Shown: piece after piece, positions 63,005-64,000 of the stretch
Layout of the letters: the number at the start of each line of letters is the position of its first letter
How positions within the stretch are numbered: the stretch's first letter is position 1
Source of the DNA: Candidatus Krumholzibacteriia bacterium
GTDB taxonomy: Bacteria > Krumholzibacteriota > Krumholzibacteriia > JAJRXK01
Assembly (NCBI GenBank): GCA_041484665.1
Contig: JBGPIA010000001.1
Span: 704,001-768,000 of the forward strand
Reading direction: 5' to 3'
Length of the DNA stretch: 64,000 bases
Notes under the pieces: generated by a model
The model's database searches: none
What the model saw: the letters and a program-made list of their open reading frames with translations, nothing else
What the model was told of the DNA's origin: nothing
Translations under genes and position numbers: made by a program

Positions 63005-64000
63005 ATGAGAAGGACCGCCGTCGCACGGGCGCTCATGATAGTCGCAGCCCTGCTGCTGCTGCTATCGCCGTTTCCGGCTGCCGCGGTGCCGCGCTACTCC
63101 GCGCGCTACCAGCAAGCGTGCCATCTCTGCCACACCAATCCGACCGGCGCCGGACAGCGCACGCTGTATGCGTCGCAGTTCCTCGTGCCCTCCGAGATGG
63201 TCCTGCACAAGCTGGGGTTCGACGATCTGGCGAAGATCAAGCCGCTGATCAACGACGACATCCTCGTCGGCGCCGACCTGCGCACCAATTACATGCTGTC
63301 CAACCACGGGCGGCCCGACGATGGCTTCTTCCAGATGGAGAGCAACCTGACGCTCAACTTCCAGCTCGACGGCCGCTGGTCGGCGTACATGAGCCGCGGT
63401 CAGAGCGGGACCTACGAGGTCTGGGGCAAGGCCCAGGTGCTCCCCGGCAACGGCTACCTCAAGCTGGGCCGCTTCCAGCCCGCGTTCGGATGGCGCTTCT
63501 CGGATCACACGATGTTCGTGCGGCAATACCTGGGCTTCATGCCGCCGACGCACACCGACGTGGGGCTGGAGGCCGGACTCTACCCCCATCACGCAGAGCT
63601 GCACGCGAGCCTGCTCAACGGCGCGCAGGGCAGCACCATGGACGTCGACAACACGCTGGCGGTCGCTGGACGGGCGCAGCAGTGGTGGAAGCTGGGGCCG
63701 ATCGCCGTGGCCACCGGCGGCTCCATCTACTGGAACAACCCATCCAAGGCGCGCGTGACCATGGGTGGGCCGCTGGGCTATCTCGCGTGGGGACGCTTGA
63801 TCTGGGTGGGCGAGGCCGACTGGCGGGCCGTCCGCCAGCCGGGCAGCAGCCGCGTCACGACGTTCGCCACCTCGCACGAGCTCTCCTTCCAGCTCGAGCG
63901 CGGGATCGACCTGCTGGCGACCTACGACTTCTACGACCCCGACATCGACCGCAAGGCGGGGGCGGTGGAGCGGTTTGGGATCGGTTTCGACTCCCTGGTG
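63005..64000 (+). CDS. Cyc2-like fused monoheme cytochrome / beta-barrel porin; 3' end lies outside the window
   Basis: AGGAG RBS; signal peptide MRRTAV...PAAA; mature N-terminus VPRYSARYQQACHLCH; then amphipathic strands (YLKLGRFQPAFG, DVGLEAG, YDFYDPD); frame open to the window end. Confidence 0.75.
   Translation, partial: MRRTAVARALMIVAALLLLLSPFPAAAVPRYSARYQQACHLCHTNPTGAGQRTLYASQFLVPSEMVLHKLGFDDLAKIKPLINDDILVGADLRTNYMLSNHGRPDDGFFQMESNLTLNFQLDGRWSAYMSRGQSGTYEVWGKAQVLPGNGYLKLGRFQPAFGWRFSDHTMFVRQYLGFMPPTHTDVGLEAGLYPHHAELHASLLNGAQGSTMDVDNTLAVAGRAQQWWKLGPIAVATGGSIYWNNPSKARVTMGGPLGYLAWGRLIWVGEADWRAVRQPGSSRVTTFATSHELSFQLERGIDLLATYDFYDPDIDRKAGAVERFGIGFDSLV

Noticed and set aside
63062..63877. 271-aa minus-strand ORF at the window end
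   Set aside because: It is the shadow of the plus-strand cytochrome-porin frame, which has an RBS, signal peptide and CxxCH.
1..64000. tRNA, rRNA, IS elements, prophage genes
   Set aside because: None recognised by eye. Intergenic gaps are short and there are no transposase or integrase motifs. A covariance-model scan would be needed to exclude small RNAs.

Overview
A gene-dense, very GC-rich bacterial chromosomal window with about 45 real CDSs. Most long overlapping ORFs in the track are GC shadow frames. I found no rRNA, tRNA, CRISPR array or mobile element. FlgD-Ig-type C-terminal domains and WGxxKxLYR tails suggest an FCB-related lineage such as Latescibacterota, Krumholzibacteriota or Eisenbacteria (inference). 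Contents in order: aconitase (partial); two tandem secreted paralogs; CDP-alcohol phosphatidyltransferase; cytochrome c; a TPR-CHAT protease / ECF sigma / double zinc-finger anti-sigma module; a dicarboxylate/amino-acid symporter; arsM-sigZ; glnA; an NtrY/NtrX-like pair followed by a sigma54-driven CBM48-Omp85 barrel and a DUF4390-like gene; a PLP decarboxylase; an inositol operon iolG-B-D-E ending in an atypical transaldolase/FSA-like gene instead of iolC/iolJ; an M3 peptidase; orphan eboA-eboB; a three-gene cluster of secreted cohesin/dockerin-like proteins carrying a pentaheme cytochrome and a PQQ-type sugar dehydrogenase domain; a divergently split aa3-type oxidase cluster whose subunit I lacks the K-channel lysine; a ctaA-ctaB fusion; a YdeP-like oxidoreductase; lutABC; a radical SAM protein; an EamA transporter; serB; and a Cyc2-like cytochrome-porin that runs off the window and is absent from the ORF track. 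The best candidates for an undescribed system are the scaffolded extracellular redox cluster, the kinase-free inositol route and the exported CHAT protease / anti-sigma / ECF circuit.
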